64,000 nt of DNA from Eledone cirrhosa (taxonomy: Eukaryota). The stretch covers positions 48,174,001 through 48,238,000 of the forward strand of contig OZ024740.1 in the NCBI GenBank assembly GCA_964016885.1, written 5' to 3'. Both the position numbers and the translations under genes were made by a program. Positions 46,703 through 60,301 of this stretch are shown here, piece by piece; position 1 is the stretch's first letter; the number at the start of each line of letters is the position of its first letter. The notes under the pieces are model-generated. The model saw only the letters and a list, made by a program, of their open reading frames with translations, made no database searches and had not been told where the DNA came from.

Positions 46703-49044
46703 ATTCTACTTAATTATAAAAGAATGTTTAGATTTAATATAGTTTATCTATGCTAAGTTAGCCGAACAGAGCCAATCTCTTATCTATATCCTTAATTGCT
46801 GTTGAATTCAGCATTATAAGCCATCATTTTTTTTCAACTCTAAACGTATAATTTTGTTTTACAAAGCTGATTATACAAAACGAACTATTAAAGGGAATAA
46901 AGAAGAAAAAGGAAAGAGAATTAAGCAATGAAAAAAAGGGAGAGGTAGACCAATACTAGATAGGACCTATTTAGTATTGGTGCCACTATAAAATGTATTC
47001 GGTACACATTGTAAAGTGCTTGGAATTTGAATGGTAACAACAAGGACATAACAATCTCTCTACTGCTGGTGCCACAATAAAATATACCTAGTACACTTTG
47101 TAAAGTGTTAGAAAGGGCATCCAATCATAGACAAAAAGTTCAGAGAACTCTTCTGTTGTGTCTAGGTCATGGCAACCTCCTTAGTACTGGTGCTATAATA
47201 AAATGTGCTCCGTAAACTGTAAAGTGGTTAGCACTAGAAAGGGTATCCAGTCATAGAAACAACTACCAAAAATGGAATGTATCAAAGAGACAAGGTCCCT
47301 TAAGCCATCTAAGTACTGACTTAGCAACTCATCCAACGCATGCCAGCATTGAAAAATAGTCATAAAATGTTGATGAGAATGAAATATCTATTTGTCCCAA
47401 ACATTATTTGTTATTCTCTGAAATAGATATACTATCAAGGAATATTAAACATTATTCTCTGAAATAGATATATATCAAGGAATATTAAACACTACATTAC
47501 ATTAATTTTACACCTAATGCTTGCTAGTTACATTATATTAGTTTTAGACTGAATACATGCTTATTGAAAGCCCTATTATAGTCTAGTTGTATTTCTACTA
47601 CTATTTTTACTCTAAGTTTCTGTACTGACTAAACGATTAGTGTGCAATGCAGGATGCTTTGCTACAACACAATCAAAATAACATAGAAAAAACTGTCATT
47701 GTTGATTGTATGTTAGACACTAATTTAACAACACTGACCAGTAGGTTGTGAAAGCTAACCTAAAGCTATAAATAAATACCTAATTTTATTTCATATTGCA
47801 GAATAACTTTATACTGTATATTTGGTTGTTGTTTCTAGAAAGTCAAGCAATCACATAGAGATCCCTTGTTCACTCATCTCACTAATGAATATCTAAATAG
47901 TGTGAACGATTCCTCATTTATTTGCTTATTGATAAAGAAAGTGAACTCATTCAACTGTTTTACAATACAAACTGTTTATTTTAAGGTGTATATATCTAAA
48001 GATTTTCCATGATGATTTAATGAAAGAACATTTAAGTTATGTTTCAAACACCATTTCAATAATGTCAAAGTTTGTTATATTACTAAATCCCTCCAAATTC
48101 TTGATTATTTTCAAAATTATAGGCACAGTTTTTCATGAGAAGTAAAATGTTTTGGAGAAATTGATATATATTGCAGTCTTTGCAGAATATCATTTTCTCT
48201 TTTTTCCAGTATTCTTTTGTGGTAATCCAGCCATGATTTCCTTCAATACACCACCTAATGTGTGTAATGGTGCATTGTTGAATCCATATTCCATTTTCTT
48301 GGTACATAGCTGCTTTAAGTGGATTCAGTGATAACCCTGCAATCCCATGTAAATGAAATTTAAATAGGCCAGTATTCTATCCAGTGAAAATAAAGAATTT
48401 GTGTTGGTTGATTTGTGAACATACTCAAAGGAAGGAAAGAGAAAAATAGATGTCTGTATAAATCTATAGCAATCATCATCGTCATTTTACGTCCGCTTTT
48501 CTCTGCTTGCAAGGGTGGGACTATATTAATACAAATATTTATCTTTCTCCCTCACTCCTCTTGTTCAATCTCCTAGGAGAAATGTATGAGCAAAGATGAA
48601 ATGTTTTGATTCCTTTGTACAGCAGATAAAAAGTAGGTAGTCAACAAAACTTAGTATAGTATCCCTTGTGCATAAGCGAGATGACAGATCCCTGACTTGT
48701 CTGGGAGATTAGTAGCCACCGCTTCAGTACTGACTTGGTCTATGTAGACCCGTCCAACCCTTGCAAGCAGATGTTAAAACGATGATGATAATATTATTTT
48801 TATAATTTTAAAAAATTCCACTAAGGGTTCTTCATCCCTACACAGTATAATAAAGCATGCAATTATAGTTATATAAAACTGAGAAGTAAAATATATTCTT
48901 TCCCTTGCAAAAAAAATAAAGAAATTTTGCATATGAAAGAAATCATGTTACTTTTTTCTTATTTTAACTTGATATTAACCTTTTTCATTTTCTTCTCTCT
49001 TTCTCTCCATTGATACTATAGAAACCCTTTGACAAGTGTGTGAC

Positions 49045-49416
49045 ATGGATTCCTCTCAGGATGGTGAACTAATTCCAAATTGGGATTTACTTCCTGAACA
49101 TTTACTTCTTCACATCTTCTGTTACCTTTCGGCACAGAGTGTTCTCAATTGCTCTCAGATGTGCACAAAGTGGCTGCGTATAGCATATGATGAATTACTC
49201 TGGAAGAAGCTTTTCTATGCGGAATGGAACATTAATTCAGGGATTCCTATGTCTCCAGGAAAAAAGTCTTGGATGGAAGAATACAAACGTCTCTTATACC
49301 ACACACCTTCTGTTGAAAGTGAAGTTCTTAAGCAGCACAACGATCAAGTTTTGCATGTTAGTTTCTCCCACGATGGTTCCATGTTTTCAACATGTTCCAA
49401 GGATGGTTATGTGAAG
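49045..49416 (+). CDS. FBXW5: F-box/WD repeat protein 5, coding exon 1 (F-box + first WD40)
   Basis: Acceptor ..TAG at 49021 and ATG at 49045. LPEHLLLHIFCYL..C..W..DELLWK F-box, EYKRL, HNDQVLHVSFSHDGSMFSTCSKD. Donor AAG|GTAAAT, phase 0. Confidence 0.93.
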
Positions 49417-49936
49417 GTAAATATTTTCACAAAATAATTGTTTTCAGAATAATTGCCTCTTATATTTAGTGTGTTTTCATTCATCTCATTTGGATAATGT
49501 TACCTCTATTGTTCCTTGTGCATGAAGGGTGGAACACCTTTCATATCAAGCTGGCATGATTGAATCTTTAGCCATTCATTTCAGTTTTTCCATGACAACG
49601 TTAATGTGAGGAGTGTAAGATTGCAATTGAAGTTACTTCTGTAGTCTTTTTTTAGACATGCCTAAAGACAGTACCATCTACTTGAAAAATGAGCATCTTT
49701 TTATACATCCACCCTCATTCAATGCAAATTAGCATATTATTTTCTACCTAAAATCATCTAAGTATCCAATAGACTATGGTAATCATTCAACTTTGACATG
49801 GGCTTTCCATCAAAAAGTTGTATTGGGCAAATGGATTCAGCTTACAATAGCATTATCATTTCATAAGTCCCACAGATTTTGAAATGAAATAAATCAAAGA
49901 AATAAGCTCAGCCTGGCATTATTTAAACTTAAAAAG

Positions 49937-50120
49937 CGGTGGATTGGCAGTATCGGTAGAGGGTCGGACGCCATGCTTTGACGCATAGAGTTACGGCCCT
50001 TGCCATTCTGAGTTCAAATCGCGCCGAGGTTAACTTTGCCTTTCATCCTTACGGGGTCGATAAAATAAAGTACCAGTAATGTACTGGGTAATTTCTGGCC
50101 TTGTGCCAATAGTAGAAACA
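49937..50120 (+). mobile_element. Full-length tRNA-derived SINE with 19 bp TSD
   Basis: TGGCAGTATCGG A-box, GAGTTCAAATC B-box and conserved central domain. ATTATTTAAACTTAAAAAG at 49918-49936 and 50121-50139. Confidence 0.95.
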
Positions 50121-50490
50121 ATTATTTAAACTTAAAAAGTGAAGCACCAAACTAGATATTTTGTACCAAGGACAATATTGTTTAATTAAAGACTAACATA
50201 AGCCACTGTAATTCCCAACTAAAATAAATCAGCAATTCTGATAGAAATATTTAAAATAGTAAATAAGGAATAAGAGGAGAAAATAATTTTGAATTAAAAT
50301 TTCTGCTTTCATGTTTATGGAATCTTTTCTAACCATTTATTCTTATAAATTCAATTCAGATTCATTCCAAATCATATTAACTCCCAATCTCTCCACCAGA
50401 GGGATCTATGTAGCCCAAAGCATCCTGTAAAACATTTTTAACTTTTAAACATAACGTTTGTATATTTTGCATAATTTCCACTAATAATAA

Positions 50491-53400
50491 CGAGGTTGTA
50501 GAAATGTTTGAACGTAAGGAGGTCGATGTTTGTTGTATTCAAGAGACCAGATGGAGGGGTGGGTCTGCTAGATTCATTGAGGGTAAAAAACGATGTTATA
50601 AGCTTTTCTGGGCGGGAAACGACGATGGGCTGGGTGGAGTAGGAATCATGGTAGCAGAAAAGTGGGCAGATAAGATAATAGATGTAAATAGAGTGAACGA
50701 CAGAATAATTAAAATAAGACTTGTCCTCAATAGAACTACGGTGACAGTAATATCTGCGTACGCACCCCAATCCGGACTGCCCGGCACTATAAAAGACAGA
50801 TTCTATGAGACACTGATGCTCACTACCTCCCAAATAACCGACAGTGACTATATAATTATTGCAGGCGACCTAAATGGTCACGTTGGACAACATTGTGACG
50901 GCTACGACGAAATCCATGGAGGCTATGGGTTTGGTACTAGAAATGAGGAAGGCTCCAGAATCCTGGAATTCTGTGACACAAATAACCTAACTATCTGTAA
51001 CACTAACTTCAAAAAACGTGACAATCACCTGATCACCTATAGCTCCGGGGAACACACAAGCCAGGTAGATTATATCCTTACCAGAAGACGTGACAGAGTG
51101 TCTGTTGTAAACACTAAATCCCTCCCCCATGAAGAATGCACCTCCCAACATAGACTGATAATTAGCGACCTCATAGTCAGGACGAGACGTACTCGACAGC
51201 AGAAGAAGACTATCCTCAGGAGAAAAATATGGAAGCTAAAGGACCCCACAGCCAGAAATAAATTTCAAAGCATATTACTTGATGCTTTCGACAGTAAGGA
51301 AGAGCATTTAGAGTCGGACAATATAGAGGGACAGTGGAAATTTCTGAAAGCAAACCTGCTGATGGCGACAGACGAAGTCTGTGGCTGGAGCAGGCCTGTA
51401 GGCAGGAGGAGAGTAACATGGTGGTGGAACAGTAGGGTGGAGGGGTCAATTAAGGCCAAAAAGCAGGCTTGGAAAGTATGGCGGGATGGGGGAAGTAGAG
51501 AAGACTATCAAGTGGCCAGGAGGGAGGCTAGGAGACAAGTGTACTTCGCAAGAAGGGAAGCAGAGGAAAGAAAGTTCAAGCATGTTCTACAACGCGAGGA
51601 CCAAAAACGTGAGGTGTTCAGGATTGCTAGGCAATGTGTCAAGGAAAACCGTGATATTGTCGGGGAGAAGTGTGTACTTAATGATGACGGCATACTTGCC
51701 ATCACCGACGCTGATAAGAAGGTAGCTTGGAAGTGCCACTATGAAAGGCTACTAAATGAGGAGAATAAATGGGAGAAAGACAGTCTCCCCCACATCGACC
51801 CGATAGAGGGACCAGCAGTGTTAGTCGAGGGTAGTATAATAAGTAAGGCAATCAAGGATATGAAGACGGGTAAGGCGGCTGGGCCTTCGGAAATAGTTGC
51901 TGAGATGCTGAAGGCATCTGGGCTCGGTGGGACACACCTTGGTCACCCGGATAGTTAACCAAGTCGTACAGAAGGGGGTTGTTCCGAAGGACTGGCATAG
52001 CAGCATCATCGTTAACTGTTATAAGGGTAAAGGAGATGCCCTAGATAGGAGTAACTATAGAGGCATTAAACTAATCGACCAGGTCATGAAGGTCACGGAA
52101 AAAGTAATAGCGCAACTAATCAGAGAGAGAATTGACCTAGATGAAATACAGTTCGGGTTTGTGTCAGGCAAAAGTACCACAGACGCTCTTTTCATTGTAC
52201 GTCAACTACAGGAGAAGTACCTAGCTAAAGGTAAACCCCTCTACTTAGCTTTTGTTGACTTGGAGAAAGCCTTCGACAGAGTCACCCGTTCCATTATCTG
52301 GTGGGCCCTTAGAAAACTAGGTGTCGACGAATGGCTTGTGAGAGCTATACAAGCCATGTATAAAGAAACAGTCAGCAAGGTTAGAATTAACAACGAATAT
52401 AGTGAAGAGTTTAGCGTAAAAGTTGGCGTCCATCAGGGCTCTGTTCTCAGCCCCCTACTATTTATTATTGCCCTTCAGGCTATAACAGGAGTTCAAGACC
52501 GGCTGCCCATGGGAACTCCTATACGCAGACGACCTGACACTCATAGCTGAATCAATGGCCGAGCTAGAGAAGAAATTCCAAACATGGAAGCACGGCCTAG
52601 AATCAAAAGGCCTTAAAATTAACCTGGCTAAGACTAAAGTTCTAGTTTGTAGGAAAGAAAATAAGGCGGCGGTCCCTTCCGGGAAATGGCCATGCTCAGT
52701 GTGTAGGAAAGGCGTAGGTAGAAACTCCATTTTATGTCCCAAATGCAAAGTATGGGTGCATAAAAGATGTAGTGGGATCACAGGTAAGCTAACTAAGAAC
52801 TTAGATTTTACATGTGGGCGGTGCTCTGGTGCAATAAGTAGCAGCGAGTGCCCACAAAATACTAACTCTTTCAATTGCGCAGAGGGCTCTATAGAAATAG
52901 TGGACAGCTTCCGTTACCTGGGTGACAAAATCAGCAGTGGGGGAGGGTGCTCCGAAAGTACAGTAGCTAGAGTTAGAACTGGATGGAAAAAGTTCAGAGA
53001 GCTTATACCACTATTAGCCGCTAAAGGGTTCTCCCTAAAAATGAAAGGCAGGTTGTATGATGCCTGCATACGAACAGCTATATTGCATGGCAGTGAGACC
53101 TGGGCATTGTGCGCAGAGGATATACGCAGACTAGAGAGGAATGAAGCTTGCATGCTCCGCTGGATGTGTAATAGTAATATACGTGAACGGCAAAGCATAA
53201 ACGAACTAAGGAAAAAATTAGAAATAAGAGGGATCAGATGTTGTTTACTCGAGAGAAGGCTACGTTGGTACGGACACGTGATGCGCATGAAAGTCGATAG
53301 CTGTATAACAAAGTGCAGGGCAATAAAGATAGACGGTAGCCACGGAATAGGCAGACCTAGAAAATCCTGGGACGAGCTGATAAACTCCGACCTCACACAC

Positions 53401-53864
53401 TTACACCTCTCCAAGACAATGTCACTGGACCGAGACCTTTGGCGGTACTCAGTAATAGAGAAGACCCGCCTTACCTAAATACATAGTAAAACCTACTACA
53501 GCCAGTAGGCATCTCTAACAAAATACACCCCCGTCCCACTACCCCCACCCCATCCACACCACCCCCTCCTATGTAAAGTTATGTTGGTGCCACAACATCC
53601 AGGCCGAAACAAATGAAATCGTGTAGGTGTCACGACAAAAAAACACGCAGTCCACGCTGTAATGTGGCCGTGTAGGCAACACGGTAAAAACCTCCCAGTC
53701 CCACACTGTAAATGTGGTTGGTGTTAGGAAGGGCATCCAACTGTAGAAAACCTGCCAGACAGTCCTATGCGAGCAAGACAATCACTCTTGCCTCAAGTGG
53801 GAATACCCCCGTCCAAACCCATGCAAGCGTGGAACACGGACGTTAAACGTTGATGATGATGATG
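50491..53864 (+). mobile_element. Near full-length RTE LINE (APE + RT + PHD-type finger) with two frameshifts, in an FBXW5 intron
   Basis: ORFs 50504-51958 (QETRW, YAPQ, GDLNGH, VDY, QH), 51927-52550 and 52555-53478. ~385 nt 3' UTR, (GAT)n tail, TSD AATAATAA at 50483-50490 and 53865-53872. Confidence 0.95.
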
Positions 53865-53956
53865 AATAATAAGTATGAGTTTTTCCATATTTTTGCACTC
53901 CTTTAAACTGTTGCTATCTATTTTCATTTGCCTTCTCTTTTTTTTTTTTGTTCTAG

Positions 53957-54131
53957 GTGTGGTATTCTTCCAATCCTGTAACTTTGAGATATAAATATAA
54001 CATGAAGAACCTCACTTGGAAGTACACTCAGTTTTCACAGTTTAATGAAACAAATACACTTTTATTAGTATCTGGAGTTTATTTTGGGGAAATGAGCACT
54101 TCTGGAGAGATAGCGGTTTTCAGCCTTACTG
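53957..54131 (+). CDS. FBXW5: FBXW5 coding exon 2
   Basis: Poly-T..CTAG|GTG. VWYSS...WKYTQFSQFNETNTLLLVSGV...SGEIAVFSL. Donor G|GTGAGT, 175 nt, phase 1. Confidence 0.93.
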
Positions 54132-55419
54132 GTGAGTGAGTTGAAATTATCTTCAACTTTCTCAAGTGAAAATTATTTAAATAGAAACTTTCAATATTTA
54201 AGATATATCTGTGTGGGTGTGTATGTGTGTATATATATCTGTGTGGGTGTGTGTGTATGCATATAGACAGGGAAAAGCAGACGTAAAATGATGATGATGA
54301 TAATGATGTGTATATATATATATATACATGTATGTATGTATATGGAGGGGAAAATGTATGCTTTAATCCGTGCACATGAAATCACGGCCCTGTGTCATTG
54401 TCTTTGAGAGGTGCAATTATGCAAGGTCAGCTTTTATCACCTCATTCCATGTCTTTCTGGGTTTCTCCACTCCATAGCTTCCATCAACTTTGAGTGCTCT
54501 GCACCTTTTTATACAGCTGTCATCCTTCAGATGCATCACATGTCCATACCAACACAATCTCCTCTCTTGCACACTACATCTGATCCCTCTAATGTCCAGT
54601 TTCTCTCTCAGTTCATTTATGCTTTACCGTTATGTATATTACTATTACACATCCATCAAAGCATGGAATCTTCATTTCTTCTATATATAACCATGCTAGC
54701 ATAGAAAAATGGATGTTAAACAGTGATGATAATGATGATATATATATTTGATTGAACTGGAATTCCTTGTTATTCTAAACATTGTACACACACAATATTA
54801 ATAGCATATTCAATAAAATTAATTTTTTTTAGAATTAAAGTGGCCATTGCCCTTTTTCAATGTCTAGTTTACATTCTATTTTTTATACAGAGTTCCATTC
54901 TTTCAATTTGTTATTTGAATTATTGATATACAATAGGTATTATATATAATACAAATAAAAAATCAACAGACAGATACAGTACATGTGAAATATATTATGC
55001 TACTAGCAGAAGTTAACTGTTGAACAATTCTAAATCTAGTGCTGACAATTTAATCAGCTATAACTTCATTCCCATGAAGGTGCACCATAACATGCAAATA
55101 ATACTATCATTTCATGTAGATGATAAAGTTGAGGTCTTAAAATATTAATGGAGTTGTGAATGTTGATGTTCCAAATAAGTGTAACAGACAAATAGGGAAG
55201 TATGAAAAATCCCTAATAAAAGAGATTAAGCATGAATATAGTCATGTTGGTAAAATAAATACTGGGGTTGATATTATCACTATAAAACTTTTTAAAGGTG
55301 GTGTTTATAAAATGGCTGCTTTCTAATGACTGCAATTAGTAAAAAAATATCTAATGTAAACTTTTAAAAAATTGAATTTATGTAATTATTAAATGTTTCT
55401 TTTTTTTCTTGTCTTACAG

Positions 55420-55559
55420 ATGAATTTCAATTACAGTGCCGTGTCTTGAATAAACCTTATGACGTTTTTGGTACTTGGTACAATTCAAGTTATTTACTTT
55501 CTGGTCACTTGCACTGGTTTGGTCCTGTACAGTCCTATTGTGATATTTGGCTAAATAAA
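55420..55559 (+). CDS. FBXW5: FBXW5 coding exon 3 (absent from the ORF track)
   Basis: ..TTACAG|AT. (D)EFQLQCRVLNKPYDVFGTWYNSSYLLSGHLHWFGPVQSYCDIWLNK. Donor AAA|GTAAGT, 140 nt, restores phase 0. Confidence 0.93.
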
Positions 55560-55740
55560 GTAAGTTTACACTAATCTTAGACTATATAATATTGTCTGGC
55601 TGCCATTAATCTAAAATAGCTAAGAAAATAATAGACTAAGATATGGTTGTTAGTTGCTAAGTTCTATGGATAGCAATGAACATTTAATATATTTAAGGCA
55701 GGGAATTTTAAAAAGTATATGAATATAAAAAGATGTCAAT

Positions 55741-55916
55741 GTATCGGTAGAGGGTCGAACGCCATGCTTTGACGCATTGAGTTACGGCCCTTGCCATTCT
55801 GAGTTCAAATCCCACCGAGGTTAACTTTGCCTTTCATCCTTACGGGGTCGATAAAATAAAGTACCAGTAATACACTGGGATAATTGCTGGCCTTGTGCCA
55901 AAAAGTAGAAAATTAT
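55741..55916 (+). mobile_element. tRNA-derived SINE, slightly 5'-truncated
   Basis: Matches 49937-50120. Confidence 0.9.
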
Positions 55917-57190
55917 TTTTTTCATTATCTGGAGTAGCACTGGAGACAACTCTCGACATACAGCCATATTTTTCTTTAAAACAAAAAAAGTATATTGGGT
56001 AATGTTGTCTCAAAAGATGGGATAGTTATGTCTAGAATGCTTTTTGATCATGGGATGACTGAATCAAATCTGATTTGAATCTAAACAACTCCAGACATTG
56101 TAACATTGTAACTCACTTAGTGATTTTATATTCAGTTGGTATCTCTATTCTCTAAACAATTCTATTTTCCTATGTCAATAAATACACAAATTTATATATT
56201 CATATAGTAATTAATTTATAGCAATTATTTCATACAAAACGTGGACTTTGTTTCACATGATTCTAAAATGACCCTAGTTTTATGATACAAAACTTTTTCA
56301 TTTTAAAGTGTTTATCATCACATCACCATTTATTTTCCATGTTTGCATAAGTTAGATGGGTTGTTACTTTATGTGACTACCCATGTCAGGTGACCATATC
56401 TTGTTCATATGGATCTATTTTGGTCTTTGTTTCTCTGGGTAGATGCCCTTCCTAATGCCAACCACATTACAGTATGGACTAGGTGAACAGAGTGAAGTGG
56501 CTCCTGCATATTCTTTGTATAAGTTTTTATGTTCCAAACGCAAGCTTAATAATGAGAAATTAGTTATGTTACTAAATCTCTTCAAATTCTTGATTATTTT
56601 CAAAATTATTTGAAATTTATAGGCAGTGGCTATTATAATAATTTTGTAAAAATAATCCTAGCAGTGTCGATCATACTTGCTAGAAAAAAGAATTATTAAT
56701 CATTTACTAATGTTGTTTTTCTCATTGCATATGTGTTTCTAGTTAACCTTATAATTCTGAAACTACTTTGGCTCAGCTGGAGGTTTATTTAATGATAATG
56801 GCTATCTCTCTTGGAAAAGTTACCTTGCTATCCAAAAAAGCAAGTTTACTGAGCTTGCTTCAATTATATTTGCTGAAAAGAAGACCCTTATTTATTTCAA
56901 TAGCTACTAATAAGAAATGCATATATCTGTAAACAAAACTGATCAAATTTTTTCCTTATGTAATTGACTCTTATTTAAATTAATCAAAATTAGTGAGTGT
57001 TTCGAAGTTTAAGAATTTTTGCATGAAGGCTAGAAATTACTTTTCTTTATTGATCAAATATCTGAAAAATTAACAATTATTTATCTCTTTCTATCTGAAT
57101 GCATTGTGATTGATCTAACCTATGTACTTTTTGATAGTTATCTTTGTTGTTTAGTGCATTGTCTAAGTAACATATTTTTTTTTATTGCAG

Positions 57191-58278
57191 GCATTTCAAG
57201 CAACTGACTCTGAACATGAATCTGTTGTTATGCTGATGTATCGTTTCAAAAATATAAATGCAAGTTCTATTAGAGCTATTATGATTGCAAACTGTATGAC
57301 AGAGGATGAAAACTATTCTAGTGAGAATTTAACTGCAAGTAATGGTACATCAGATCAAGCAGAAGCTTCTGGTGAAAAAGATGTTGATTTAAATAGCAAA
57401 AATCCTAAAACTTGTGTTCCTATACGGGTGACGTCGGGTACAAGGGCTTCTAATTGTCCTAACTGCAATAAAAGACGAGCTGATAAAAGATCTCAGCAGA
57501 AAACTGTATCTGCAAATGGTGAACAGACCAAACGGAGCTGCAAGAATCTTGAATGTATTAATTTAATTCAAAATAGAAAGCTTCAGAAGCACATGCTGGA
57601 GGTTTCTAATGATGAGGTTGAGGACAAGAATGCAATTGATTCTAGTGACGATTGCCAAAAAGCAGAAACCTCAAAATTTGATGATTTACACTCTGATATT
57701 TCTGATACATTAATAAACAATTCTACTGATTCTGGTGAGTGCATATGTATGTCTGACTGTTCTGGAACTTTGTTAAGCAACAGTAACTGCTATAACAGCA
57801 GTACAAACAATGAACCAGAATCTAAACCTCTTGAAGAAAAATTAAATGATAAAGATCCAGATTTATGTTCTATGTTTGGTTGTGTTCGAGATCCAAGGAG
57901 CTGTTCCCCTGCAGGAGTATGGATTCCCAAAAGAAATACAAATATTCGCAAGAATTTAAGATTTTCATCTGCTACAACTTCACTAAAGGATATAGAAGAG
58001 AAAGCTAGTGGCTCGAAAGGAAATTCAAAAATTCATGACAAATACCTTATTTTTACAACGGGTTCTAAAACATATACACCTCATCAGATTGGTATTAAAA
58101 AAATTCATTCTCTTGAAGCTGTACACTATGAAAATGTGGAAGAGTCTGAAGATGGTGTAAGGTTGCTACCTAATGTGGAAGACAATCAACCTGGTTCCCC
58201 TCACAAATTTGATGAAGTTGATCATCTTATTGAACTTGATGGCCATATTATTGGCATGTGTTTATCGCCTGACCATCG
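57191..58278 (+). CDS. FBXW5: FBXW5 coding exon 4, with a large low-complexity insert
   Basis: ..TTGCAG|GCA. AFQ..SEHE..RFKNINASSIRAIMIANC ... KYLIFTTGSKTYTPHQIGIK ... DHLIELDGHIIGMCLSPDHR. Donor CG|GTAAGT, 1088 nt, phase 2. Confidence 0.94.
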
Positions 58279-60072
58279 GTAAGTCTGAATTTTTTGTTAA
58301 TGTCAAATTTTTCTTTAGAGATAAGAATTCTTTTCTAGCTAATTCAAGTCTACACCTACTACAGATAATTTCATGATTAATAATACTTGATATCGTTACC
58401 ACCACTTACAGCTGTTCTAACTATAAAATTAGTATTAGGGGTCATGTAGCATTTATATTGCACATCCACTGTTTGTTTGCAAATCATTTCTACAAAATGT
58501 TAAGAATATATTTTCTCAGGTTTAGAATGTAATATTCAAATTCAAGAAAAATGTTCAATTTCTATAAAACTTTTAGAATTTTTTTAAATTTCCTAATAAT
58601 TAGGGACAGTACATTCCATACTTTTAGGAACATATTATTCTATGCTTTTTTTTCCTATTAATGTAGTTAACTGACAATGGATAAAGTTTTAAACAGATAT
58701 TTAGGAACAACTTACTCAGAAGCCCAACTTACTAAATTGTATGAGATAGATTTGGGTCATGATACCCAAAATAGGCAATCTCAAACACTATAATACTGTA
58801 TGGAAATGTGTTGTGATGGCTTGTTTTTGTAATGGTTAATCAGTAAGAAAATATTGTGCTTGTTGTTGGTTACTTACAACAAGGGGCCATTGCTGACTAC
58901 CCATCTGTACATGTCTTGTACAGTCATACAAATCATTCTTTTAACCCTAACTTCCTTAGCGACTGCCAAATCACAGTGTCAAGGCCTTCTCCAGGTCGAC
59001 AAATCCTAAGTGTAGAGGCTTACTCCTGGTAAGTACTTCTGCAGTTCTCTCTCTAGGAACATGGCATCAGTGGTATCCTATCTGGCACAAAGCTTAATGA
59101 ACTGCATCTCATCTAGGCTAATTCTGCTTCTGATCAATTATTCAATAACTTCTTTCTAACATCAGAGCTAATTCATTCAGCAGTTGCTATTATCATACTG
59201 TACACATTTCCCCACAACAACAAATCGGTTCTCTCTGGTACACTGCCTTGTTGCAGAACATTAGCAAATTTCGTATTTTCTGCTTCTCTCTTTGCTACAT
59301 ATACCTAGCACCTAACTTTTTTCTGGTTCTTTGCTGCATCCTTTCCTCCAGTCTTTCCAGGCCTGTCTTAACTTTTATGGCTTTAATCTATAAACCAATT
59401 TCTACTAATATGAAAAACACACAGACTATTTCTCTTTAAGACAGAAATCTTGCATACTTTATTTCAAACCCATTTCTGCTATTCAGGCTACACACTAAAT
59501 TCTACTTTTCACCAAAAGGTGGTGCTTATACCTGTGTTAAACCACTCTCTACAACTCACCATCTCACCAACAATGACTTTTAGTTACTCTAGCTCAAAGT
59601 CCTCTTAATCTATTCTTCTGAATCCTATTGTCTGTACTGCACATTTTACAAGCTCTTTTACTTTCCAAGTTGCAGCAGAGCTTTCTGGTCCTTTGTTTTA
59701 AAGATTTCCTCAAACTTTGCAGAATCCTCCTACCCACCACTCCTTAACCAAATAGCTATGTTAGCAGCACTATTCCTTTTGTACATTAATGACCTTTTTG
59801 CTTTCACATGAGCCAACTAAAAAAACCTTTACATGGTAGCTTGACCTGCTAAAGTTAGCTGTCTTAAAACAATATAGTCTTTGATACACTCTGAATAAAA
59901 TGGGATAGACATTGCTAGAATACTTTTAATCATAGGTTTGCTTTATCAGGACTGACTTGGAGTTAGGCAATACCAAGAAGGTGCTTCTAACATCACACAC
60001 TTTAATGCAGATGACACCACCGTTCATTACTCCTTAACCTTCTGTATAGAAAGAAGCCTTATCTATATTAAG

Positions 60073-60301
60073 TGAATCCTTTAGCATTTACATTACTCTA
60101 TATTCACTGTTGTATTTTTATAGTAAACACTTTACCTTCAATAATTATCTCACATAATATCGAATCTATGAGATTTTGATATTATTTATTTTGAGAACAA
60201 TACCTTAACATCAGTATGAGTTGCTGGTTACTGCCAGTTTGAACAGAAAGAAGTGAGAGAATTCTGGCCGGATACGGCCGGTTTAAATGTTAAAGGGTTA
60301 A
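60073..60301. mobile_element. piggyBac-like MITE
   Basis: Left AATCCTTTAGCATTTA, right TAAATGTTAAAGGGTTAA (TIR with TTAA). Confidence 0.6.

Noticed and set aside
49937-50025. tRNA genes at the SINE heads
   Set aside because: A and B boxes are present, but there is no full cloverleaf, and the heads run into SINE body, tail and TSD.
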